Shown: piece by piece, positions 34,701 through 44,195 of the stretch | How positions within the stretch are numbered: the stretch's first letter is position 1 | Layout of the letters: each line of letters begins with the position of its first letter | DNA from: a virus | Lineage: Duplodnaviria > Caudoviricetes | Strand: one strand, 5' to 3' | Virus record (IMG/VR): IMGVR_UViG_3300037502_000606 | Span: 1-61,862 of that record | DNA length: 61,862 nt | Notes under the pieces: model-generated | Told to the model about the DNA's origin: nothing | The model's database searches: none | Seen by the model: only the letters and a program-made list of their open reading frames with translations | Translations under genes and position numbers: made by a program

Positions 34701-37700
34701 CAGACTTAAACCGCTCCCACTGAGTACCTAGCTTGGCAGCAAAGAGCTTCTCAGCATTGATCGCCCAATATTCTGATGGACTGAGGTACTGATAGAAGTC
34801 ATAAGACGGCATGGATTGGACAGCCGCAGCAAAGGACGCATCACTAGGAGTATCTAAGAACTCGATGACATTCTTAAAAAACGCCTGTGACTGAGCATCT
34901 TTGTTCTTTTTGACCGCCGCATCAAAGGCGCTTCTCCAGGAATCCAAGACAACCTTCTTCTGTTCAGCGGTCATCATCTGCTCAAGCGAGTGCATGATTT
35001 CGTGACGGACAGTAGAAGGATCTTCAATCCCCGACGTTCCATTCCATAGAGTCACCACCCTAGCAAACGGCTGGAAGTTTCCTGAAGACTTGTCTTCCTT
35101 TGGTTTCCTGACAGACAGACGCAGACCGTTGAGAACCCACGGCGTCTTAACATACGCATCACGGATAGTCGCTAACACCTCTGGGCTGAGATCACCCTTC
35201 TCATAGGCATCAAGAGCACGACGCAGGAAGTTCTCAGGACTACGGGAAGGTTCAGCGGTGGCATCAATGTCTTCTTTGAGCTGCTTGGCAAGCTCATCTG
35301 TAAGAGCAATGTTGCGCTGCAATTCAATGCTTGGACCCTGGGCTACGTATTCTTTGACTAGCTGGCTGCGCTTAGCACGGAGACGGGTGTACTCAACAAT
35401 CTGCTCGTCCCTTGATGCAATACGTCCAGCATCAACTTCAACCTCTGTTACAGGAGTCGTAGCATCAATGTTGTAGAGGAAGTTCTGCTTGGAACCATAC
35501 TCAACACCACGGGCCAAGATCATGTTACCGATCTGGAGAACTGCATCAGCCTTGACCACTGGAAGAGTAGTGGCCCTATCAAAGAAGTAGGCATGTCTTG
35601 TCGGATCAAAACCTAACTGGACATACCGTGGATCTTTAATAGCCTGCTGCGCCATTTGATAGGCTTCGGCTGGAGATACGTTGACGTACTCCCCTTCCAT
35701 GGTCTGAAGGGCATCTTTGGCCTGGCCAGCGGCAATCTCTAGGGCTTTGGCCTGATTGCTCAGAGCAAACGTAACATTCTTTACCATCGCTACGCTGCGG
35801 TATCCAATGGCTAAACCAGGCTTTGCCGACGTTGATTTAGGCCGGCCCTCATGTATGGATACAACGAACGTCTTGTGATTGTTCCAGGCTGGTATGTCTA
35901 AGCGCAGACCAACCTTGGTTCCATCGGGGATAGATACGTTCGCCTTGGGCTTCTTGTCTGAGGACAGGGCATTGACTACCTGCTCATCGGTCGCAGGGAC
36001 AAGCGGCTCTGTATAGACGGGGATAGGACGATACTTGTTGACCGCTGCGTCGTATTCCTCTTTGGTAAGCAGGCCAGCCTGGAGCTGTTCAGCCATAGCA
36101 GCAAGCTCAGGTGAACGCCCAGGAGGTAGCTTCTTCTTAGCCTTGGGGAGTTCTTCGTTTATCTGGTTAAGAGTCTTGGCGTCATCACCAAAGAGATCTG
36201 TCTGGGGGCTGGCTACGTCTATGGTAATAGTTTCTTTAGCCTCCACAGATCTTGGGCTTACCTTGGTTCTTCCAAGCTCTCTCAAATCTTTATCTAGCTC
36301 GACCAACGGACTAGAAAGCAACTTATCTGAGGTGCTAACAAGAGCTTCAAGCGCAGATAAAGTGTTTGTCGGAAGACCAAGTATGCGACGAGCAATATCT
36401 ACCAGCTTGCCAAAAGCTGTAAATTGTTTACTTACTTGGATGTCTTTTAAGTAATTTTGAACATCACCCTCAGACATCCCCATTGCCATCAATTCATCTA
36501 TGTTTGATAGCGTGTACGTAACTTTAAAAATGAATTTTTCATCTTTAACCGGATCGTACTTGTTTGCTTTTAATTCTTCTCTAAACTTGGTTCTCAGTTC
36601 TTGACGAAGACTTTCAAGTTCTTTTATTCGTGGATCTGATTTTTTTAGCCCCGCTGTCTGGATAACTGTTGCCGCATGAATCAGCTCATGCAAAATAGTT
36701 TGATACTCCAGCCCATTGCCGCGAGGCGCCTTTTTTCCTTGCACCAAACCATTCAGGCGATAGTCAAACTTGAATCCATCTATGTTCAGTCTGTAAGTTA
36801 CCTTGCCCTTATATCCTTGGACACGACGGCTGTCGTTAAGGATGATTGGGCCATTCATCTCTATACCGCGAGAAGAAAAATCCTTGATTCTGTTTTTAAT
36901 CTTGGATGCTATTTCTTTCGCTAGTTCGTTTGGCGCGTTATCAACTGCCCACTTAGCCAACCCAGGTACATCTAGTTTTTTTATCTCGTCATAAATCTGT
37001 TCCGCAGATTTTTCTATCTCCGCTTTAAATTCTTTTGGAGCTGGTGGCTCGGGTGGCTTGACCTCTGTAGGTTCACCAAATAAATCTGGCTCTTGTTCTA
37101 TTTCTTTGAGAGACTCAAATACCTGATCTAGCGTAGGCCGAGGAGGAACCTGCCCAAACATATCTGGCTCTTGCGATACCTGGCTTGCATCCATGGCCGC
37201 ATCGGCAAGACGAGATAGTCCTTCAGCAATGCGCTTGGTAGAACGCCCACTGTCAGCAATGAACTCCATGATCTTCTGGGCATATGGGTCTAATCCAATA
37301 GCGCCCTGCTTCACAAAGGTGGGCATTTCCTTGATAGGAACGCCCTGGCGTACAGCAGATACAAGGTTCTCAATACCCTCTACAACCTTGGAGCGAATGT
37401 CGTAATCGCCCGCCCCTGATAGTTTGACCATCTTTGGAGCAACCTTAGCCAGACTGTTGAGATACATCTTTGCGTCTGGGTTTGTGGTTGCTGCGTACAG
37501 ATCTATAAGCGCATCATTCTCATAGGCGCCGTAGAAGATGGCGTTTAACAGTCGAGCACTAGCCTCCGGGGTTGGAAGCCCGGTGGACTTGTTAATTAAC
37601 TCTGACTGCTCACTCTCCGGCATGGCCTGGATGAACTGTCTCAGAGTAGAGAGCTGCGGGACTCCCTCTTCGGTGAATTGCAAACCAGTAAGGTCGAACT

Positions 37701-39846
37701 TACCAGCAAGCCTATTGAGGTCGTTCTTCGCCCTGTCTACAGGTTCAAGTCCAGCGATACCAGATACGTTTGATAAGTCGCCAATGTTTTCCGGTACCAG
37801 CCCTTTCGGCATGATCCGAACGAGGACTGGGTTTGGTATGGCAGCGATGACCTCTTGACTGACACCATGAGAAGGATCGTTGATTAGTTCATTACGATAC
37901 TTATCTGTCGTCTTGCGGTTGTATGCCTCTTGTATTCCAGCGATACGACCATTGCCAGCGACGGCCCTGATACCAGGGACACTTAAGTCTCCGTAAAATG
38001 GATTGACTGTTCCATCTGCAAGGTTAGACGTAAACACTTCTGTTGCCGGTACGACTGCATAGCGAACTGGGAATCTCTGCCCATTAGACGCCGTGGCCAT
38101 ATCAGTACGTCCAAGAAACTCACTTGGGATGTTTATGTCACTGATGATTACAGGAGCACCTTCAGCCAAAACCTTGGACGGGCCAACGAGTGAGTAGTCT
38201 GGTGCTGATGCAATCTTCTGCATCTGAGCAACCGACCCTTTCCCAGACCTATCGCGGTTCTGGAATATCGTCTGAGCATTTGGTACCTGCCCCTGAAAAT
38301 AGTTATCCAGAGCTTGCTGTTCTTCCGGCGTGAACTCCGTCGGCTTTATCGTAGGTGGAACACCAGGCGTCGTGCCTGTTGGGATGGATGGAGGAGTCAA
38401 TCCAGAAGTAGGAGGAACACCGGTCGGTGGTGTCGGCGTAGTACCAACAGGAACCATGGGCGGCGTAGGCGTCGTTGAAACCGGCGTTGTTGGTGGAGTG
38501 GGAGTTGCAGGAGGAGTGGGCGCCGTTGGCGGAGCAAAGGTGGCTGGATTTACACCAACGAGCATTGCCGCCGTTGAATTGGCGCCATCAAAGTCATCGA
38601 ATATACCGGCATCAGAAGACTGCCCAGAGTTCCCATCTACGTATATGACCTGGAACCTCCCATCTGGTGTTGGAGTTATCCTCACCTCGACGTTGTTTCC
38701 AGCGTCTGCATATCCACCAAGAAGGTCTGGCCCTGGAGAAAGAGGTACGACTGGAGCGGCCCCAGGAGCAGCGCCCGTGGGAGTTACAGGAGTAACTGCG
38801 GCTGGTGGTGCAGCAGGCGTCGGTGCAGCGGCAGCTGGCGGAGTTGCGGTAGGAGGGATAGGAGGAGCGGCAGGACCAGCTTCACCAGCAGCTCCAATAC
38901 CAGCACCCAGAGCACCACCTGCAATAGCCTCTAATGCAGCCTGACCAGCTACGCCTCGAAATGTCGGTACATCAAGCCCTTCTCTTTGAGCAGCAATGTT
39001 AGCCGCCAATTGTTCCTGTCCAGCCTGAATAGCCTCTGGAACAGCCTCTGTCACGCCGGTTTCTACCGCCTGACGAACAGCGCCCTTTTGAGCAGCCTGT
39101 TGAGCCGCTTGCTTTGCCGCGATCTTTCCAAGAATGTATTTCTCAACACCAGTCCTACCAGCAACAGCACCAAGAGCCGTGCCGGCAAGAATCATGTCAA
39201 GGTTTTCACCGCCGTACTCTTGAGCAGCTATAGCCCGCTCTTCAGCTTCCTTCTCTGATGCGCCGGCCTTCTTAAGTTCTTCTTTGACGGTGTCATATAT
39301 CGTGCCTTTGACTACGCCAGCGCCCGTCAATCCAGCGGTGGTAACTAAGCCTGGCAAACCAGCAACGGCGCCCAACAGAATAGGAACGGACGATCCAGCA
39401 GCTTGAGCAAGGAAGTCAACCGGAGCCGTGGCAAATGCAGATAGCGCGGCTTTAAGTTGTTCACCAAGTCCCTTGTCTTCCGCATCCTTCATGATGGCGG
39501 CAATCGCCTGAGAGTCCTGTTTGGACTGTGCAGACGCTAGTTCAGCAAGGTACTTCTCTACGCCACGAATGTTTTGAGCAGCAGCATTGTTGGCACCAAA
39601 TGCTTCCGTAATAGCGCGGGTCGTTGATACAGTCCCTTCAGCAATTTTAAGAGGAACGTCAAGAACTTCCCTGGTAAAAGACTCTGGCTTGGCCGCTTCA
39701 GCAAACTGTTTCGGCGTTACTCCAAAGACGGACTCAAGGAATCCTTTTTCTTCTGGCGGCTTAATCCCAATGCCAGTTAGATACTTGTCTGGATCAAATT
39801 CTGTCGAACTAATCCCCCGCAGGTATGCGTCTGGATCGAAAGCCAT
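31774..39846 (-). CDS. Large polyvalent ejected protein (ddrB-like ParB, two HExxH zincin-like domains, LPD38-like C-terminus)
   Basis: FDPDxYL x2 at N-terminus, hydrophobic G/A region, P/T linker, QNRDRS...AGNGR, HELIH, HEIMH, NLTVNFNRKG...LYAFFNAS. Confidence 0.8.
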   Translation of the reverse strand: MAFDPDAYLRGISSTEFDPDKYLTGIGIKPPEEKGFLESVFGVTPKQFAEAAKPESFTREVLDVPLKIAEGTVSTTRAITEAFGANNAAAQNIRGVEKYLAELASAQSKQDSQAIAAIMKDAEDKGLGEQLKAALSAFATAPVDFLAQAAGSSVPILLGAVAGLPGLVTTAGLTGAGVVKGTIYDTVKEELKKAGASEKEAEERAIAAQEYGGENLDMILAGTALGAVAGRTGVEKYILGKIAAKQAAQQAAQKGAVRQAVETGVTEAVPEAIQAGQEQLAANIAAQREGLDVPTFRGVAGQAALEAIAGGALGAGIGAAGEAGPAAPPIPPTATPPAAAAPTPAAPPAAVTPVTPTGAAPGAAPVVPLSPGPDLLGGYADAGNNVEVRITPTPDGRFQVIYVDGNSGQSSDAGIFDDFDGANSTAAMLVGVNPATFAPPTAPTPPATPTPPTTPVSTTPTPPMVPVGTTPTPPTGVPPTSGLTPPSIPTGTTPGVPPTIKPTEFTPEEQQALDNYFQGQVPNAQTIFQNRDRSGKGSVAQMQKIASAPDYSLVGPSKVLAEGAPVIISDINIPSEFLGRTDMATASNGQRFPVRYAVVPATEVFTSNLADGTVNPFYGDLSVPGIRAVAGNGRIAGIQEAYNRKTTDKYRNELINDPSHGVSQEVIAAIPNPVLVRIMPKGLVPENIGDLSNVSGIAGLEPVDRAKNDLNRLAGKFDLTGLQFTEEGVPQLSTLRQFIQAMPESEQSELINKSTGLPTPEASARLLNAIFYGAYENDALIDLYAATTNPDAKMYLNSLAKVAPKMVKLSGAGDYDIRSKVVEGIENLVSAVRQGVPIKEMPTFVKQGAIGLDPYAQKIMEFIADSGRSTKRIAEGLSRLADAAMDASQVSQEPDMFGQVPPRPTLDQVFESLKEIEQEPDLFGEPTEVKPPEPPAPKEFKAEIEKSAEQIYDEIKKLDVPGLAKWAVDNAPNELAKEIASKIKNRIKDFSSRGIEMNGPIILNDSRRVQGYKGKVTYRLNIDGFKFDYRLNGLVQGKKAPRGNGLEYQTILHELIHAATVIQTAGLKKSDPRIKELESLRQELRTKFREELKANKYDPVKDEKFIFKVTYTLSNIDELMAMGMSEGDVQNYLKDIQVSKQFTAFGKLVDIARRILGLPTNTLSALEALVSTSDKLLSSPLVELDKDLRELGRTKVSPRSVEAKETITIDVASPQTDLFGDDAKTLNQINEELPKAKKKLPPGRSPELAAMAEQLQAGLLTKEEYDAAVNKYRPIPVYTEPLVPATDEQVVNALSSDKKPKANVSIPDGTKVGLRLDIPAWNNHKTFVVSIHEGRPKSTSAKPGLAIGYRSVAMVKNVTFALSNQAKALEIAAGQAKDALQTMEGEYVNVSPAEAYQMAQQAIKDPRYVQLGFDPTRHAYFFDRATTLPVVKADAVLQIGNMILARGVEYGSKQNFLYNIDATTPVTEVEVDAGRIASRDEQIVEYTRLRAKRSQLVKEYVAQGPSIELQRNIALTDELAKQLKEDIDATAEPSRSPENFLRRALDAYEKGDLSPEVLATIRDAYVKTPWVLNGLRLSVRKPKEDKSSGNFQPFARVVTLWNGTSGIEDPSTVRHEIMHSLEQMMTAEQKKVVLDSWRSAFDAAVKKNKDAQSQAFFKNVIEFLDTPSDASFAAAVQSMPSYDFYQYLSPSEYWAINAEKLFAAKLGTQWERFKSAVRKLIESMKKVFGFDNRLGVHKVFDRLMKDQPERMDNKSLVDFVTETGVRAMVPQNVSKNIFGQPMPKATWGSPDESKIDDILYVLQDKNIDTKRVVQKITAQRKSLIDSWNPYLQEELYHGRTAKQTEDFLKDELEPLMKALRDRKLTMDQVEEYLQNRHAEERNIQNAKRDPTMPDGGSGILTADAKKYLAALTPQQKKAFDDVAKMVDDIVKGTQDLIVSSGQEKQEVIDNWNKAYKHYVPLNREEADYDVKNVGVGVGSGFAIKGPFSRASVGSGRKVVDILANVAMQRERAIIRAEKLRVAKAVYALAVTNPNPGFWLPYDPYIKKDPQQLINDLISMGINPSDAQNIANTPTRRDVDPATNTVKEVPNERLITSALSLPIRINGEEKFLIFNSKDPRAVRMVESLKNLDVDQLSKALSISQAFTQYFAKINTQYNPIFGGINFLRDVQGAMLQLSTTPIAGKQKQVLAGVMPALRGIYGEERAKRKGQPSTNRPWAQLWEEFQKEGAQTGFRDMFSRSQERAEALQRILDPSSWTKSKLGKIFTAGGTLKVPAEIARKAATPLFDWLSDYNQTMENAVRLSAYKVALDQGMTKQQAASVAKNLTVNFNRKGQIGRQMGALYAFFNASVQGTVRMYDTLKGPAGIKIIGGGIILGILQAMALAAAGFDEDEPPEFVKERNIVLPIGGSKYITIPMPLGYNVIPNTSRIATEWAISGFKDTPKRISSILSATLDMFNPLGNAGWSAQTITPTALDPVIALTENVDWTGKPIAKEDISGLDPTPGYTRARETASIVGKGLSEFLNYASGGTKYTPGVVSPTPDQIDYLIGQFTGGVGREVMKVEQTLRSQVTGEDLPIYKVPLIGRFVGDTQGLAAERNRFYNNIMQLNKHEREIKGRRENRENVQEYLMDNPDARLFSYANQVERNLQALRKRRDALLEKDAPKEQVKAVENQIAVQMKRFNDRVAAAQR

Positions 39847-41399
39847 TATTTAACTCCAAGATGTTCTTTAATCTGCTTTGCCCTTGGGTCATTCGGATTT
39901 GAGTTTGCCCACGCTAATGCTTGTTGATCTTGCGTAGATAAGGCAGTTTTTCCAGGGGCGCCTCGTTGAGCTGCCCTGTATCTCCGGTCGTCTTCCACCA
40001 TCTGACGGGCACGGCTTTCTATAGTGCCTTCAGCGCCTATGTCTTGTCTGGCGGCAGCTAGAGCGTCCTTCATGGTCAACGGACGATCTCCAATAGCAGT
40101 CTGGAATCCTGTGAACGTTGGCTCTTCACCTTTAGCTTTAGCCTCACGTGAGTACAGTTTCCACTGTTTATCGAAGTCTGTAAGTTTTGAACCATATGCC
40201 GCCCGAGCCAAACGCTCCTGCGCCTCGGTGGTAAGCATCGTCTTGGCAAGATCTGCTTTGAGTTGGTCAAACTTCTCAGCCTTCTTGTCAGCCCGCTCTT
40301 GAGCCTTATCAATGGTGCCTTGAGTGATCTTGGCTTTACCCATGGCAGCTTCATTCTGCTTGAGCATAAGGTTCTGCTCGGCCAGTTTGAACTCACGCTC
40401 AGCCTTCTGTAGATCCTTGATGTCAGAGGCGAGTCCCTTCAAGCCAGGTGCTGCGCCCTTGCCAATGTTCTCAAAGGCGTTAGGCGATGTGCCAGCCATG
40501 ATCCCAAGGCCCATCTCAAGGAGACGGAAGTTACGTGCCTCGACCTTATCTTTGGCCAGAGATTCACGCTGCGATGCAATCTCTCTCTGAATGTTTCCAA
40601 GAACATTCTCGTCATATCCAGATGCTTTGAGAAGGTCGCTTGTCTGCTTACCAGCCTGTTCAATGGTCGGAATCGGGGTGGCTTCTTCAGTCCCACGGAG
40701 GGCCGTAGCCATCTCACCAGCCCGCTTAATGATCGGGGAGATAGGAATAGACGAGATACCAGCATCAGGCATGGCTTTCTCTTCATCCATCTCGGGGGCA
40801 ATGCCTGTGTCTTTGGGCGGAGTGCCTGGTACGCCTGTACCCTGCCGAGCAAACTTAGCTGCTTCCCTATCCATGTCTGCGCCGGCAATACCCTGATTGG
40901 GAGTCATTGGAACGCCTGTTCCTTGACGCGCAAACTTTGCCGCCTCGCTGTCTCTTAACTGAGCAAGGAGTTGCTCTCGTCTTTCAGGTGGCGCACTTGC
41001 ATATGCCTGCCGAATAAAGTTGGCATTGATAGATGGATCGCGCTGCACCAAAGAATTAATGGCTTGCTCCAGGAGCATCTCATCGGACTGAACCTTATCT
41101 CCTGCACTGAACGCTACGATGCCACCACCTGCGAACTCTGGTGTCTCGATGGGGATCTGGTCTATGCCGCCATCAACCATCTGGGCCTGGTCCATGACCT
41201 GTTCGGCAATGGTGGGCTGCTGACCCTGAGCCATGCGGGCTGCTGCGGCTGAACGCATCCTCTGTTCAAACTGGATCTTCTCTTCCAGGAGAGGAACGCC
41301 CATATAGGCCGGGATAGTCCCAGACTGAATGGCCTGCTGAAGCTGCGGGATGCTGAGCTTTTCTGCCGTCTGAACACGGCTGAGTGTGCTTCCGATCAT
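39846..41399 (-). CDS. Internal virion/ejection protein
   Basis: PTIAEQV, FAGGGIVAF, helical; duplicated EAAKFARQGTGVP. Confidence 0.72.
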   Translation of the reverse strand: MIGSTLSRVQTAEKLSIPQLQQAIQSGTIPAYMGVPLLEEKIQFEQRMRSAAAARMAQGQQPTIAEQVMDQAQMVDGGIDQIPIETPEFAGGGIVAFSAGDKVQSDEMLLEQAINSLVQRDPSINANFIRQAYASAPPERREQLLAQLRDSEAAKFARQGTGVPMTPNQGIAGADMDREAAKFARQGTGVPGTPPKDTGIAPEMDEEKAMPDAGISSIPISPIIKRAGEMATALRGTEEATPIPTIEQAGKQTSDLLKASGYDENVLGNIQREIASQRESLAKDKVEARNFRLLEMGLGIMAGTSPNAFENIGKGAAPGLKGLASDIKDLQKAEREFKLAEQNLMLKQNEAAMGKAKITQGTIDKAQERADKKAEKFDQLKADLAKTMLTTEAQERLARAAYGSKLTDFDKQWKLYSREAKAKGEEPTFTGFQTAIGDRPLTMKDALAAARQDIGAEGTIESRARQMVEDDRRYRAAQRGAPGKTALSTQDQQALAWANSNPNDPRAKQIKEHLGVK

Positions 41400-42967
41400 G
41401 CTGCCACCTTTTTCATAGCTTTCTTCAGTGCTAGGGAGTCTATACCTTCTTTAATCTCGCCTCCCTTCTTCTTTCCGGTTGCCATGCCGTATGCTGCCGC
41501 ACCTGTAAGTCCGAGACCAGCAAGTTGAGAGACGGGGCTTGGGGAAGCCTGGTACTGAGATACCGTAGTGACCGGCGTCTGGTATCCGCGTAGTAAGGCG
41601 TTGTATGCGGCAAGCTGCTGCTGCGGGTACTGCTGCGCCATCGCATAGTTTTGGATTGCCTGATTGATCATCTGTTGCTGCTGCTCTTGCTGCGTTGCAC
41701 CTACCTGCTGCTGGAACTGCATCCGAGCCAAGTCTGCTGCCTGTTGCTGCTGAGCAATATCTGCGAGTGACCGGCCCATCTGACCCATAAGGCCGTATCC
41801 AGCCTGAGCACCAGATACCCCTTGAAGGCCAACACCCGCCCCTTGCATACCTGCTTGAGCACCTTGGATGCCAACACCAGCACCTTGCATACCAAGTCCA
41901 TAAAGTTGACCGGCCTGTCCAAGCCCACGAAGCCCAGCCTCTTGACCACTTATTGCCTGGCCAATACCAGAGAGTCCTAGCTGACCACCCTGAAGAGCGG
42001 TTCCAAGTCCTGCCTGGGCACCTTGGAGTCCCTGCATACCAGCCGTAACACCAAACTGTTGTGCCTGCTGAGCTTGTTCAAACGCCCGCTGGAGTCCTTG
42101 AGCTTGAATGTCGCTGAGCTGTTGTTGTAGGCCGGCCTCCCTCTGTCCTTGGAGAAGCGCCTGACGAGCGCCACCGTATGTACCCGTCCTAACCGCTCCA
42201 AGGTTCTGACCTAGTTGAGCACGTTGAGCGTCATCAATCGCCTTGCGTTTAGCAACCTCTGTGACACCTTGTTGATACGGAGACATGTAGGCTTGGATAG
42301 ACCGTGGGTCTGTTGCCATGCGCTCATAGGTACCACTCATACTTGCTGCTTGACGAGCATACTGGCGAGCTTCTTCGCCTACGTCACGGCCAAGCTCTTC
42401 TGCACGGAGACCCATCGAACCAATGTCTGCTGCGGTACGGCCATATAACTGAGCTTCAGGAGCCATGCCGGCGCCCATCATTCCGTATCCAGCACCTAGG
42501 CCGCCAAACCGAGATCCTTGAGCGCCGTATCCAGCACCCATCTGGCCGTAGTCATATGCTGCACCAGCACTACCCATGCCGCCCATACCAGCACCACCAA
42601 CCATTTGTTGGCCAACACCAAACCCACCAGGCCGTTGCATCTGGGATGCTTCATACATTACCTGTTGTTGCTGTGGGCTAAACGGGGCAAAGTAATCTCG
42701 GGGATCTGCGCTATACGGAACGAATGGTTTGACACCAGTGATCTCATAAGTGCCCTCTGGAGTCTTCTGAGTCTGGAAGGTCTCTTGTGTTGCAGCACCA
42801 AGAAGCGCTTCAGTCTGAGGTCTTAACCAATCAGGGATGGAAGATTGAGTGACCGTGCTAGTCGTGTGACCGCCGCCACCACTACCGCCACCCTCTAGGG
42901 TCATGCCGCCAAATGGCCGCTTTTGGAAAGCCCGTTCGGGCAGCATTGAAAAGTGATCGTATCTCAT
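41396..42967 (-). CDS. Internal virion/DNA-transfer protein
   Basis: Leader then GGGSGGGG; YMSPYQQ; G/Q/A-rich; C-terminal hydrophobic stretch then KKKGG. Confidence 0.75.
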   Translation of the reverse strand: MRYDHFSMLPERAFQKRPFGGMTLEGGGSGGGGHTTSTVTQSSIPDWLRPQTEALLGAATQETFQTQKTPEGTYEITGVKPFVPYSADPRDYFAPFSPQQQQVMYEASQMQRPGGFGVGQQMVGGAGMGGMGSAGAAYDYGQMGAGYGAQGSRFGGLGAGYGMMGAGMAPEAQLYGRTAADIGSMGLRAEELGRDVGEEARQYARQAASMSGTYERMATDPRSIQAYMSPYQQGVTEVAKRKAIDDAQRAQLGQNLGAVRTGTYGGARQALLQGQREAGLQQQLSDIQAQGLQRAFEQAQQAQQFGVTAGMQGLQGAQAGLGTALQGGQLGLSGIGQAISGQEAGLRGLGQAGQLYGLGMQGAGVGIQGAQAGMQGAGVGLQGVSGAQAGYGLMGQMGRSLADIAQQQQAADLARMQFQQQVGATQQEQQQQMINQAIQNYAMAQQYPQQQLAAYNALLRGYQTPVTTVSQYQASPSPVSQLAGLGLTGAAAYGMATGKKKGGEIKEGIDSLALKKAMKKVAA

Positions 42968-43395
42968 AGTTGTACTTCCACTAAAGTAGTTCGTGGCTCA
43001 AAGCCGTATCTCTTCCACAATCGAACGATAGATTCTCTACCGTACCCTTGGACTTTTGTCGCCCCGCGCTGCTTTAGAATCATCTTCAGCTGCTCAAACG
43101 TGTTGCTATTGGAGATCATCCGACCTCCTATCAGTGTGATGAACGCTACCCTGGCCATCGGATAGTTCGCAAATGACACTGTTGCGGCACCGTGGATCTT
43201 TCCTTCCTCATCTACCGCTACCAACAACAACCACATACCGCTAGTCAGAAACCCCTGGACATGATGAATGTTGTAACAGTTACTCCAGTCAGGGGCGTCG
43301 TTATCTTTTATTAGTGCATCTATTAAATACTGGTCTACCTGATTCCAAATCTGGCTGATGTAGTTTGTATCTACAACCTGGATGTTTAGGTTCAT
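42964..43395 (-). CDS. GNAT-fold-like morphogenesis protein
   Basis: AFITLIGG...GATKVQGYGRESIVRLW..YGF; upstream of ejection genes. Confidence 0.6.
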   Translation of the reverse strand: MNLNIQVVDTNYISQIWNQVDQYLIDALIKDNDAPDWSNCYNIHHVQGFLTSGMWLLLVAVDEEGKIHGAATVSFANYPMARVAFITLIGGRMISNSNTFEQLKMILKQRGATKVQGYGRESIVRLWKRYGFEPRTTLVEVQL

Positions 43396-44186
43396 TTTCT
43401 AAGAAGAGCGTCTATACCACCATAGTTCTGCTTTCTTACCCGACCTCCGCCTTTGAACACTCCTGCTCCATCGCTATCGGCGCCCATTCCAACGCCAACA
43501 CCACTATCTCCTGGACCCATGCCACCAGTTGATGTTGCCCCTTCTGGTCCTACGCTACCTGGACCGCTATATCCACCACCAACAGCAGCAGAAGATGGTC
43601 CCCCACCAATGCCGCCGTCTCCGTATCCGCCACCACCACCGTCAGATGGCGTTGCGCCAATCGACCCACCAGGATTCCCAAACATATTTTGTCTTGCATC
43701 AATCTGAGATTGAGTCATGTATGGAATAGGCCGATATTGAGTCTGCACCGGCATGGGGGGTCTCATGGGTTGGAACGTTGCTTCTGGTCCAGTTGGAAGT
43801 TCATAGTTAATAGGCGCCCCACCGAGCATTCCGTGGTCCATTGCTCGCGGCTCTGTCAGGTACGTTGCTTGGCCACCAAACATGTCCCCGTAGTTGGTAA
43901 ACATGCCTCTAGGCGCCATGCCCATTCGCTGGCCACCCATTTGAAGCCCTCTGCCACGCCCCATCATCCCCATCATCGGCGGTTGATAAAACCCACCAAA
44001 GGGCGCTTGGCCGTAACCAAACGGGGAGAACTGAGCATAGCTAGGCTGATAGATCGGCTGATAAAACTGTTGGTTTGGACCAAACGGCATGTAGTCAGGC
44101 CGGCGTGAAGCGGTGTATGGGTCGTAATAAGGACTTTGTGGCTGGTACATTTGGTTAGATATTGCCCCGGCTGAAATTCCGCCCAT
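43392..44186 (-). CDS. Low-complexity Y/Q/P/G/M-rich protein
   Basis: GGAG RBS; ATGA overlap; ends FKGGGRV...GGIDALLRK. Confidence 0.7.
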   Translation of the reverse strand: MGGISAGAISNQMYQPQSPYYDPYTASRRPDYMPFGPNQQFYQPIYQPSYAQFSPFGYGQAPFGGFYQPPMMGMMGRGRGLQMGGQRMGMAPRGMFTNYGDMFGGQATYLTEPRAMDHGMLGGAPINYELPTGPEATFQPMRPPMPVQTQYRPIPYMTQSQIDARQNMFGNPGGSIGATPSDGGGGGYGDGGIGGGPSSAAVGGGYSGPGSVGPEGATSTGGMGPGDSGVGVGMGADSDGAGVFKGGGRVRKQNYGGIDALLRK

Positions 44187-44195
44187 CTCTATCTC

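Noticed and set aside
32017-39853. Many plus-strand ORFs opposite long minus-strand genes (also 4835-5452, 5660-6184 and others)
   Set aside because: Antisense shadows with no RBS or recognisable motifs; the minus-strand genes are coupled and carry clear motifs
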